A stretch of 64,000 nucleotides of DNA. Source: Patescibacteria group bacterium (GTDB lineage: Bacteria > Patescibacteriota > Patescibacteriia > Patescibacteriales > Patescibacteriaceae). The stretch covers positions 8,037-72,036 of the forward strand of contig JAQWEL010000003.1 in the NCBI GenBank assembly GCA_028704945.1. The letters are read 5' to 3'. The position numbers and the translations under genes were made by a program. Below are positions 44,377 through 52,679 of the stretch, piece after piece; the stretch's first letter is position 1, and every line of letters starts with the position of its first letter. The notes under the pieces are model-generated. The model was not told the origin of the DNA, did not search any database, and was given only the letters and a program-made list of their open reading frames with translations.

Positions 44377-44733
44377 ATGGCGATTATCCAAGGAGAGGCC
44401 GCTATCTTAGACACTAAGACTATTAAGATAACGGAGAGTCGCAAGCAAATTAAGATAAGTCTGAGGGCGATAAATTTTTTGTTAGCCTTTAGTTTTGTAG
44501 TCTTGTTCGTGGGGTATGTTATCTATGGTTCAGGACAAGATGTCAGCAGTATTAAGCTTGGCAATGCTCAAACGCATTATGAAGAGGTGATTCAAAGTAA
44601 TACTCACCTTGAAGCAAGGGCAGCGTATTTAAGGTCTTATGACTATTTGAACGTCAAAATAAATGCTTTAGGCATGGTTAAGGCGGAAAATATTAAGACT
44701 ATTATCGCGAATAATCAAGTCGCCAAAAATTAA
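44377..44733 (+). CDS. ftsL: FtsL-like cell-division membrane protein
   Basis: 118 aa, single TM helix then a helical region. The call is positional, between rsmH and ftsI. Confidence 0.5.
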   Translation: MAIIQGEAAILDTKTIKITESRKQIKISLRAINFLLAFSFVVLFVGYVIYGSGQDVSSIKLGNAQTHYEEVIQSNTHLEARAAYLRSYDYLNVKINALGMVKAENIKTIIANNQVAKN

Positions 44734-44759
44734 TTTGTCCAAGGCGGCAATAACTTCTT

Positions 44760-46889
44760 ATGAACGCCTGGTCACATAAACGAAAACCAAAAATTTCAGG
44801 ACGCGGCAATGAGCGCTACAAATGGCTTGTTGTCGTTGTTTTCGTTTCATCTTTTGGCTTAATTTCCAGATTATTTTATTTGCAAGTTATTAAAGGGGAA
44901 GATTATCTTGAGGAAGCTAAAAAACAACAAGAAATTATCGATCCGATTACTCCGAAACGAGGCAGAATATTTTTTCAAGATCCTAAGTCTGACACTGGCG
45001 ATGGACTTTCACCAGTAGCTGATAATAAAGATTATTTAGAAATATTTGCCGTACCTAAAGAAATAGCTGATGAAGCTCAGGCTGATAAGTTAGCCAATGC
45101 TCTGTATGATTTTTTTAAGAAAGCTTACGTTGAAAAAGAAGTCGACCAAGCTTTGAAAGCCCAAGAAAAGGATCGATTAGAAAAATTATTAGCTCAAACT
45201 AATGATTTATCCGAAGCGGATAAGGCGCTTAAAGTTAATTCGATTAGAGCAGAACACGACAGCTTCTTGAAAGATTCTTTATATTTAGAGGCTAAGAAAA
45301 AGCGACGAGAAGAGATGATTGAAGAAAGCAAAAAAGCCATTATTGAAAAATATAAACAGTCTTTCGCTAATAAAGAAGACCAATATGAATTATTAGAAAA
45401 GAAAATAGACTATCGTCAAGCCGCTCAGTTCCATTTATCTTTACTTGATAAAAATAATTTGCCAGCTAATCTTGTGGCCGAAGATCTTGATTATTATAAT
45501 GCCTCTTTTGTTAGCAACAAAGTATCAAGCACAATTAATCATAATCCTCTGAGATTCTCAGGCATAGGTTATAAGAGCCATACTTTTAGGAATTATCCAG
45601 AAAAAAACAATGGCTCGCATCTATTAGGATTTGTTTCGTTTGAACCAGAAGATAAAGATGGTTTTTTTGGAAGGCATGGACGTTATGGGCTTGAAGGTTA
45701 TTTTGATGATATGTTGTTTGGTAAGTTTGGCGAAATGAAGGCTGAAAAAGGCCAACGAGGAACTATTATCGCTAATAATTTAGAAGTTACCAAGCAGATT
45801 GATGGCGATGATTTAATTTTAACTATTGATAGGACGATACAATTTTTTGTGTCAGAGAAGATTAAAGAAGCGACTATCAAATACGGCGCTGATTCAGGCA
45901 CAGCGATTGTTTTAGATCCTAAAACCGGTCAAGTGGTTGCTATGAGCTCTTATCCTGATTTTGATCCAAATAATTACGATGAAGTTAATAATATGGGGGT
46001 TTTTAATAACCCAGCTATTTTTGACGCCTATGAACCGGGTTCAGTTTTTAAATCTATTACCATGGCTGCTGCTTTGAATGAGGGTAAGGTGACTCCTGAC
46101 GCTACTTATAATGATGCCGGTTTCATAATGATTAACGGTTGGCCTAAACCAATTAAGAATTCTGATTTTGAGACTTACGGTGGTCATGGCCTGACTACTA
46201 TGACCGGAGTGCTGGAAAATTCTTTAAATACCGGCGCTGTTTTTGCCATGAAGAAAATTGGCGATAAAAAATTTGCCGAATATCTTAAAAAATTTGGCTT
46301 CGGTGAGAAAACAGGTATAGAATTAGAAGGAGAGTCTAAGGGTGATATCTCTAATTTAACTGGTAAAAAAATAAGAGAAATCAATGCCGTAACTGCCAGC
46401 TACGGTCAGGGGATTAATGTTACACCGCTTCAAATGGCCGCTTCTTATGCTGTTATCGCTAATGGCGGCAAATCAGTAAAACCTTATATAGTTAAGGAAA
46501 TAAGACATTTTGATGGCACCACAGAAACAATTAAGCCAGCTAATACCAATCAGATAATATCAGAATATAGCGCCAACTTACTTTCTGGTATGTTGGTTAA
46601 AGTGGTTGAAGAAGGGCATTCTAAAAAAGCTCAAGTTCCTGGATATTACATTGGGTGCAAAACAGGCACGGCTCAATATGCGGTTGAAGGTAAAAAGGGC
46701 TATGTTGAGCATAGTTATAATCACACCTTTATTTGTCTTGGCCCGGTTGGAGATCCAAAGTTTGTTGTTTTGGTTCGTTTTAAAAATCCTAAAGGTTATA
46801 CTTATGCCGACGCCACCACCGTGTCGGTTACCCAAAATATTATGCAATTTTTAGTTGATTATTGGCAGTTGCCGAAAGTTCGTAAATAA
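44760..46889 (+). CDS. ftsI: class B penicillin-binding protein (FtsI/PBP2-type transpeptidase) with a charged helical insertion
   Basis: TM anchor, then SxxK (GSVFKS), SxN (NSLNTG) and KTG (CKTGTA). A ~120-aa K/E-rich insertion lies in the N-terminal pedestal. Confidence 0.9.
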   Translation: MNAWSHKRKPKISGRGNERYKWLVVVVFVSSFGLISRLFYLQVIKGEDYLEEAKKQQEIIDPITPKRGRIFFQDPKSDTGDGLSPVADNKDYLEIFAVPKEIADEAQADKLANALYDFFKKAYVEKEVDQALKAQEKDRLEKLLAQTNDLSEADKALKVNSIRAEHDSFLKDSLYLEAKKKRREEMIEESKKAIIEKYKQSFANKEDQYELLEKKIDYRQAAQFHLSLLDKNNLPANLVAEDLDYYNASFVSNKVSSTINHNPLRFSGIGYKSHTFRNYPEKNNGSHLLGFVSFEPEDKDGFFGRHGRYGLEGYFDDMLFGKFGEMKAEKGQRGTIIANNLEVTKQIDGDDLILTIDRTIQFFVSEKIKEATIKYGADSGTAIVLDPKTGQVVAMSSYPDFDPNNYDEVNNMGVFNNPAIFDAYEPGSVFKSITMAAALNEGKVTPDATYNDAGFIMINGWPKPIKNSDFETYGGHGLTTMTGVLENSLNTGAVFAMKKIGDKKFAEYLKKFGFGEKTGIELEGESKGDISNLTGKKIREINAVTASYGQGINVTPLQMAASYAVIANGGKSVKPYIVKEIRHFDGTTETIKPANTNQIISEYSANLLSGMLVKVVEEGHSKKAQVPGYYIGCKTGTAQYAVEGKKGYVEHSYNHTFICLGPVGDPKFVVLVRFKNPKGYTYADATTVSVTQNIMQFLVDYWQLPKVRK

Positions 46890-46893
46890 ATAT

Positions 46894-48180
46894 ATGAAAA
46901 AATTATTACAACTCATTTTAAAAGTTTTAGCGAAAATTATTATTGTTAAATATAAACCATTAGTAATTGGAATTACCGGCTCAATCGGCAAAACTAGCGC
47001 TAAAGAAGCGATTGCTTCGGTTATGTCTGTTAATTATTCGGTGCGTTCGGCGCAGAAGAATTATAACAATGAAATAGGTTTGCCGTTAGTTATAGTCGGA
47101 GCAGATTCTCCAGGTAAATCGATTGGCGGTTGGTTTAAGGTTTTTAGCCATTCGTTATGCTTAATTATATTGAAGAAAAAATATCCTAAAGTATTGGTTT
47201 TAGAAATGGGGATTGATAGGCCGGGTGATATGGATTATTTGTTGTCTATTATTAAGCTTGATGTGGCTGTTTTAACTTATATCGGTTCAAGCCACTTAGT
47301 TAATTTTAAGAATAAAAAGAAATTGGTTGAGGAAAAAATGAAAATTTTTAAAGGTTTGAAAAAAGGTGGTTTAGCCATTGCTAATATTGACTCAGATTTA
47401 GTTAAACAATCAATCGGCCTAATCAAAAATCATTTGATAACTTATGGATTAACAGGCATTGCCGATGTATCGGCTGGTGAAATTAATTATTCTTCGGTTA
47501 AAGCGGGCGATATAAATAATTTAGCCGGTATAAATTTTAAGATTTTATATCAAGATGCCATTATTCCTGTCCATTTGCCAGATGTTGTCGGCGTGCCGGC
47601 AGTCTATGCAGCCTTAGCTGCTGCTGCTGTCGGATTGTCTAAAGATATAGACGGAATAGCTGTTTCCGAAGCTCTGAATAAAATTGAATTCCCTAAAGGT
47701 AGAACAAAGTTGATTTCTGGGATTAAAGACACTGTTATAATTGACGATACTTATAATGCCGCGCCTCAATCGGTACAAGCCGCTCTTGATATTATTAATG
47801 AAATCAGAATGGCAAATATTGGGCGCAAGTGGATAGTGCTGGGCGATATGTTGGAGCTGGGTGAAGAAACTGAAAAGAGTCATTTGGATATTGGTATTAA
47901 GGTCGGTAAAATGCCTAGAGCCAGATTGATTTACCTTGGCGAAAACGCTCATTATTATGGTATTGGCGCCAGGAAAGTAGGCATGGCTGAAGATCGTATC
48001 CAGTCTTTTAACAATCATGAGGAAATAATTGATTATTTAAAAGAGAATATTGAACCAGGAGATTTAATTTTAGTTAAAGGCTCTCAGGGCGCGAGGATGG
48101 AAAAGATTGTTAAAGCGATTATGCAAAATTCTCAAGCAGCTAAACATTTGTTAGTTAGGCAAAGTGATGATTGGTTGTAA
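46894..48180 (+). CDS. murF: UDP-MurNAc-tripeptide--D-Ala-D-Ala ligase
   Basis: ITGSIGKTSAKEAIA, NNEIGLPL and IDDTYNAAPQS. ATG at 46894 was used. Confidence 0.9.
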   Translation: MKKLLQLILKVLAKIIIVKYKPLVIGITGSIGKTSAKEAIASVMSVNYSVRSAQKNYNNEIGLPLVIVGADSPGKSIGGWFKVFSHSLCLIILKKKYPKVLVLEMGIDRPGDMDYLLSIIKLDVAVLTYIGSSHLVNFKNKKKLVEEKMKIFKGLKKGGLAIANIDSDLVKQSIGLIKNHLITYGLTGIADVSAGEINYSSVKAGDINNLAGINFKILYQDAIIPVHLPDVVGVPAVYAALAAAAVGLSKDIDGIAVSEALNKIEFPKGRTKLISGIKDTVIIDDTYNAAPQSVQAALDIINEIRMANIGRKWIVLGDMLELGEETEKSHLDIGIKVGKMPRARLIYLGENAHYYGIGARKVGMAEDRIQSFNNHEEIIDYLKENIEPGDLILVKGSQGARMEKIVKAIMQNSQAAKHLLVRQSDDWL

Positions 48181-48276
48181 TATAGTCTTGACAGTTTGGT
48201 TATAAAGGATTATAGCAAAGTATTCAGATTATATAAGAAAAAAATTGTACTTTTAAAATAAAGAAAGGAGCCACTA

Positions 48277-48936
48277 ATGATTGCCATAATCATACAGGCT
48301 ATATATTGGTATTTTTTGTCCATCCTTTTAGCTGCGCTTGAGATTGAGATAGAAGGAAAGCATGGCTGGGCCTATAAATTACCCACTTGGTATCGTAAAA
48401 ACAGTTTTGTCGCCCTCTTATACGGACTGACAACTGGCGGAAAACCGCTAACTGGTTACTTTACATTTATGTTTATTTTCTTGTTGTCTGTTTTTCACAC
48501 CCAATTTTTTATGGGTAAAGAATGGACACTGGCTAATGAATTTTCAGTATTGGCGATTTTTTTCTTAATCTGCCCTTACTGGGATTTTCTTTGGTTCATA
48601 CTTAATCCGCATTATGGCATAAAGCGTTTCCAAAAAAAATATATTTGGTGGCACGCTGGCAGTCTTTGGTTTTGCCATATCCCGTTGGATTATTTCCTGG
48701 GAGTGGTAATTTCTATTGCTTGTGCTTATGGCGCTAATTATCTTAACGACGATTTTGGTTCGTTTATTAACCATATCGTTGTTATCAGCCTCCTGATTGT
48801 GGTAGCAATACCAATTACTATTTTTATTATTGCTCCGCTTTATAAGAAATGGTATTGGTGGATGCGTCGTTATGATGATCGAACTATCACCACAATATTT
48901 TATGATTTGCCTGAAAAATCTGCAGGTGATGAATAA
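48277..48936 (+). CDS. polytopic membrane protein (hypothetical)
   Basis: 219 aa with about 6 hydrophobic segments. A candidate promoter is TTGACA 48188-48193, 17 nt, TATAGC 48211-48216, with an AGGAG RBS. Confidence 0.5.
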   Translation: MIAIIIQAIYWYFLSILLAALEIEIEGKHGWAYKLPTWYRKNSFVALLYGLTTGGKPLTGYFTFMFIFLLSVFHTQFFMGKEWTLANEFSVLAIFFLICPYWDFLWFILNPHYGIKRFQKKYIWWHAGSLWFCHIPLDYFLGVVISIACAYGANYLNDDFGSFINHIVVISLLIVVAIPITIFIIAPLYKKWYWWMRRYDDRTITTIFYDLPEKSAGDE

Positions 48937-48940
48937 AATT

Positions 48941-48974
48941 AAAACCCCACCTTAGTTTGAGTAGTGGGGTTTTT
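48941..48974. terminator. bidirectional intrinsic terminator between convergent genes
   Basis: AAAACCCCAC-cttagtttgagta-GTGGGGTTTT. Confidence 0.7.
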
Positions 48975-48997
48975 GATTAATTGGATAGGTTGCAAAG

Positions 48998-49360
48998 TTA
49001 TATTTGCAGATTGAATATTTCGTTGAATTTTTCTCGGAAACGACTGGGTCTGTCGGATTTGATATAATGAGCTTGTATTTCTTCTTCGGTCGGAGGATGA
49101 TTGACTTCTTGTCCGGTATAGTAAATGTTTTCCGAGCTATATATTTCTTCCATCTGTATCGCCAGATATAATTCCTGAGGTCTTATTTCCGGGCAAGTTT
49201 CAAAGATTAACGCAAATTGATCCTTGATTGAGGCGCAGTAAAATTCATCTTTTTCGTCGTTAGTTAATTTACGACTTCCTAAAATTTCAGCCAATTCAAT
49301 CTTCTGATAGCTGATTTTTTGCAGAGCGGTAGCTATCGCTCTAACTTTCTCGGTAACCAT
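48998..49360 (-). CDS. hypothetical cytoplasmic protein
   Basis: Start reassigned to MVTEKVRAIA (ATG 49360), which has an AAAGGA RBS. The ORF-track start at 49429 falls inside the -35 of its own promoter. Confidence 0.5.
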   Translation of the reverse strand: MVTEKVRAIATALQKISYQKIELAEILGSRKLTNDEKDEFYCASIKDQFALIFETCPEIRPQELYLAIQMEEIYSSENIYYTGQEVNHPPTEEEIQAHYIKSDRPSRFREKFNEIFNLQI

Positions 49361-49400
49361 CGCAGTATCCTTTATTAATTTTTGAAAAAAACTATATATA

Positions 49401-49429
49401 ATAATAACATAAAAATATATATTTGTCAA
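49401..49429 (-). promoter_or_regulatory. sigma70-type promoter for 49360..48998
   Basis: The minus strand reads TTGACA (49429-49424), a 17-nt spacer, then TATTAT (49406-49401). Confidence 0.5.
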
Positions 49430-49542
49430 TAGTTGCTGAACATAATAATCTTTGATATTGACATTTAGCTTAAAATATGATTTTATATTAGCATAAATTT
49501 AGTACATTACTAATTCATTTTATCATCTTTCAGGAGTTTGTC

Positions 49543-50007
49543 ATGGATATTTTGCAGCTCATCTCCGCCGGCCAAGATATTACTATTAAAGCCTGTGACG
49601 GACAACGCACCATTGCTAAAGCAAAAGAATTGTTTACCGGTTTTCTTGACGCCGACTTTGAAAATTGGAATTTAGACAAACCAGGTAAAGCCACACCGGC
49701 CACTAAGGCCAAGGTCTACGAACTTCGTCAAGATGCTACCTTCAAACAGATGTTTGAATCCTTAAACCCGGACTTAGACAAACTATGTCTGACGCAAGCT
49801 CAAATCATCGCCTTCATTGAAGATTGTCGAGACTGGTTAAGAACAAAAGGTTACGGAACATTTTTCCTCTTTAAGGAGAATGAAGAATATTTTGTTGCCA
49901 CCGTGCACTTTCGTTCGTCCGGCGGACTCCGGGTTCTCGTCGACAAACTTAGGGCTCGCCACAGCTGGACTGCTGACGGTCGGCATCGTCTTGTTCTTGT
50001 GGTTTAG
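49543..50007 (+). CDS. small cytoplasmic protein, paralog class of the DGR target, with a VR-like A-depleted C-terminal tail
   Basis: AGGAG RBS. 154 aa ending ...TFFLFKENEEYFVATVHFRSSGGLRVLVDKLRARHSWTADGRHRLVLVV. Its 3' flank shares two conserved blocks with the flank of 23508..24047. Confidence 0.6.
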   Translation: MDILQLISAGQDITIKACDGQRTIAKAKELFTGFLDADFENWNLDKPGKATPATKAKVYELRQDATFKQMFESLNPDLDKLCLTQAQIIAFIEDCRDWLRTKGYGTFFLFKENEEYFVATVHFRSSGGLRVLVDKLRARHSWTADGRHRLVLVV

Positions 50008-50063
50008 TAACTGTAGGTTCTTTGATACTTACTCAAGATGATCCTTAGACTCTTGGAAACTTT

Positions 50064-50101
50064 GTCCCTTAAACGCTTATTGGCATTTGAGGGACTTTTT
50101 T
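50064..50101 (+). terminator. intrinsic terminator after 49543..50007
   Basis: GTCCCTTA-16 nt-TGAGGGAC followed by TTTTTTTATTTT. Confidence 0.6.
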
Positions 50102-50163
50102 TATTTTACTTCTTTCGTCAAACTGACGAATTGTCCGATTCCCCGTGATAAGTCATCTAATAC

Positions 50164-50191
50164 AAAAAACAGGCAACATTGCCTGTTTTTT
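50164..50191. terminator. bidirectional hairpin terminator downstream of tRNA-Glu
   Basis: AAAAAACAGGC-aacatt-GCCTGTTTTTT. Confidence 0.65.
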
Positions 50192-50200
50192 GTATTACTG

Positions 50201-50272
50201 TAGCCCGTAGGAGAGTCGGACTCCTCTTACCAGGATGAGAACCTGATGTCCTAGCCGATAGACGAACGGGCC
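50201..50272 (-). tRNA. tRNA-Glu (anticodon CUC)
   Basis: Hand-folded from the reverse complement GGCCCGUUCGUCUAUCGGCUAGGACAUCAGGUUCUCAUCCUGGUAAGAGGAGUCCGACUCUCCUACGGGCUA. Acceptor GGCCCGU/ACGGGCU, and anticodon stem UCAGG/CCUGG with loop UUCUCAU. The T arm AGGAG-UCCGACU-CUCCU has an unusual C at the normally U55 position. No CCA is encoded. Confidence 0.75.
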
Positions 50273-50332
50273 AAATACTTGTATAGAATAATGCAAAATA
50301 AAGATGATGTCAACTCTCTAAAAAATTAAATA

Positions 50333-51268
50333 TTAGCCAAGAAATTTACCAATATCGTCTCTATGCCCGTTAATAAAGGCTTCGGAAGAGGTTTCGTTTT
50401 TACCTTCTAATTTTAAAATATCAACGACAATTGAATCTTTACCGCATTGGATAGCTAATTTGTTATTGTAAACGAAAGTTTTACCCGGCTTATAAGTATT
50501 TAAAGGCAGTATTTCTGGAGAAGTGGATATTATTTTAAGTTGTTGGCCATTTAACCAAGTCCAAGCGCTAGGCCAAGGCGAAAAAGCTCGGACTTTTCTT
50601 TCTATTAATTCAGCTGCTTCAGTCCAGTCAATTAAACCATCTTGTTTTTTAATCAAACCGACATAGCTGGCTTGAGTATTGTCTTGCGCTAATGGCTTGA
50701 TTTCGCCTTTAATATAATTTTTAATGGTTGGTAAAATGATTTTGGCGCCTAAGTCAGCTAATTTATTTGATAAACTGCCAGCGGTTTCTGAAGGCTTTAA
50801 ATCGTATTCAGCTTGGGTCAGAATTGGACCGGTGTCCAAGCCTTTTTCCATCATCATAATAGTAACACCGGTTTTATCATCGCCATTAATAATTGGCGCT
50901 TGAATCACACCAGCCCCACGATATTTAGGCAAAAGTGAACCATGAACATTAATACAACCATAACGCGGAATATTCAAGATAGATTCAGGGATTAATTGAG
51001 CATAAGCGGCCACTACGATAATATCAGGTTGTAAGTTCTTTATTTCTTCAACAATTTGACTGATTTTTTCTGGTTGCAAAACAGTATAGTTTAGTTCAAG
51101 CGCTGTTTTTTTAACGGCTGATTCTTTATTCGTCAAACCGCGCCCAGCCGGCATATCAGGCTGAGTAATAACTGCTACAATATTAAAATCAGTGTCCCTA
51201 GTTAGCGCCTTAAGGGCGGGGACAGCAAAATCAGGCGTGCCTATAAAAATGGTTCGGATAGCAGTCAT
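50333..51268 (-). CDS. fmt: methionyl-tRNA formyltransferase
   Basis: IFIGTPDFAVPAL, INVHGSLLPKYRGAGVIQ and a C-terminal domain. It is adjacent to def. Confidence 0.95.
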   Translation of the reverse strand: MTAIRTIFIGTPDFAVPALKALTRDTDFNIVAVITQPDMPAGRGLTNKESAVKKTALELNYTVLQPEKISQIVEEIKNLQPDIIVVAAYAQLIPESILNIPRYGCINVHGSLLPKYRGAGVIQAPIINGDDKTGVTIMMMEKGLDTGPILTQAEYDLKPSETAGSLSNKLADLGAKIILPTIKNYIKGEIKPLAQDNTQASYVGLIKKQDGLIDWTEAAELIERKVRAFSPWPSAWTWLNGQQLKIISTSPEILPLNTYKPGKTFVYNNKLAIQCGKDSIVVDILKLEGKNETSSEAFINGHRDDIGKFLG

Positions 51269-51269
51269 A

Positions 51270-51743
51270 TTACATGGCGTAGTTTTTAGCTATATCTTTA
51301 GCTTTATCAATAAATAAAATTCCATCCAAATGATCAATCTCATGCTGGATGACTCTAGCTAAAAGACCAGAAGCTTCTATTTTTTGTTTTTGTCCAGCTC
51401 TGTCAAAAAATTGGCAATGGACTGTTTTATGTCGTTTAACTTGACCCCAAGTGTTAGGCACAGACAGGCAGCCTTCCTCATCCCAATCTTTAGTTAATGA
51501 TTTTTTGGTTATTTCCGGGTTTAACATCGCTAACGGGCCTTGTTTGGTATTAACAGTTATGACTCTGATATTTTCACCAACCTGAGGGGCGGCTAAACCG
51601 ACTCCGTCTTTAGCGATCATTGTTTCAACCATATTGTCTAAAAATTTGCCAAAGTCCTTGTCGGTGACAGCTTTTAAACTCACTTTGTCTGACAACTGAC
51701 GTAATCTTTTGTCAGGTTCAATTAGGATTGATAATATTGACAT
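51270..51743 (-). CDS. def: peptide deformylase
   Basis: GVGLAAPQVG, EGCLSVP and QHEIDHLDG motifs. Confidence 0.95.
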   Translation of the reverse strand: MSILSILIEPDKRLRQLSDKVSLKAVTDKDFGKFLDNMVETMIAKDGVGLAAPQVGENIRVITVNTKQGPLAMLNPEITKKSLTKDWDEEGCLSVPNTWGQVKRHKTVHCQFFDRAGQKQKIEASGLLARVIQHEIDHLDGILFIDKAKDIAKNYAM

Positions 51744-51833
51744 ATAATTATTATTTTGTTATAAATTATATCACCTTTATAGTACATTTTAAATAAAAAA
51801 ACAAGTTTTATTAATTTTTTGGGGGAAGTAATA

Positions 51834-52250
51834 ATGACTAAATCAAGCAGATCAACCGTTATTTGCAAAGATGCTGTTTTGGTAACAGACATTTGGGATA
51901 ATAGAATTTTAGATAATGTGGAATATAAAATGGTTAATCCGTCAATTAATGATGTTTTAACTGATTATTACTCTGCAGAATCCAGCGACTATTGTTCCTT
52001 GGCTTCAATTAGAATAATATCCGAATCAAGCGAAAAGTCTTCGTCTATTATAATTTTAAAGATATCACACAGCAGAGAGATTCGCTTAAAACTCATCAGC
52101 AAGGGTGATATTTTTTGTAAAGAAACCAGCAACGATGGCCAGACACTGACAATCAGACGAAAACCAGGAGCAACTTCAATAAACAAATTTGTAGGCATAG
52201 ACACAATAATTCTAAAAAAGGATTCTCAAGAAATAACTTTGACAAAGTAA
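51834..52250 (+). CDS. hypothetical protein
   Basis: GGGGGA RBS 6 nt before the ATG at 51834. 138 aa with no recognised motif. Confidence 0.45.
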   Translation: MTKSSRSTVICKDAVLVTDIWDNRILDNVEYKMVNPSINDVLTDYYSAESSDYCSLASIRIISESSEKSSSIIILKISHSREIRLKLISKGDIFCKETSNDGQTLTIRRKPGATSINKFVGIDTIILKKDSQEITLTK

Positions 52251-52272
52251 CCAAAAAAAGAATAAAATAACA

Positions 52273-52302
52273 GGGAAGCAAAAAAATAAGCTTCCCTTTT
52301 TT
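52273..52302 (+). terminator. intrinsic terminator
   Basis: GGGAAGC-aaaaaaataa-GCTTCCC followed by TTTTTT. Confidence 0.65.
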
Positions 52303-52308
52303 ATAACT

Positions 52309-52578
52309 ATGAGTTCTGAATTTGAAAATTTAAAAGATATTTTTGCCAAGCGTTTGAGTGAGAAAAAGGTTAAACCCCCAACTTATTCTTGGCAGGACTT
52401 ATCTTTACAAATTATTAAAGATTTAAAGATACCTGGTTTTAAGCGTTCCAGTGTTTTTAAGATATGTAAAGAATATCCGAGAGAGGTGGTTGAGCGAGCT
52501 GTTAACGATACTAAAGAATTATGTCAGTCAGGCGAGCAATGGAAATATTTTTTTAAGGTTATAAATAATTTACATTAA
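52309..52578 (+). CDS. hypothetical small protein
   Basis: 89 aa, basic, with no recognised motif. Confidence 0.4.
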   Translation: MSSEFENLKDIFAKRLSEKKVKPPTYSWQDLSLQIIKDLKIPGFKRSSVFKICKEYPREVVERAVNDTKELCQSGEQWKYFFKVINNLH

Positions 52579-52679
52579 TAAAAAATTATTTATAAATTAG
52601 CTTGACTTTTGGCTTCATTTATGATTTGATAATAACAGTTATTTTTAAATGTTATCACTATCTTAAGAGGAGAAGAATA

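Noticed and set aside
49901-50004. The VR-like tail of 49543..50007 as a second target of the local TR (24371-24489).
   Set aside because: Codon-by-codon comparison shows many mismatches at non-A template positions. Only short strings such as TTCGTT and TCG..GGC coincide, so the local TR cannot be its template. It is kept only as an orphan-VR hypothesis.
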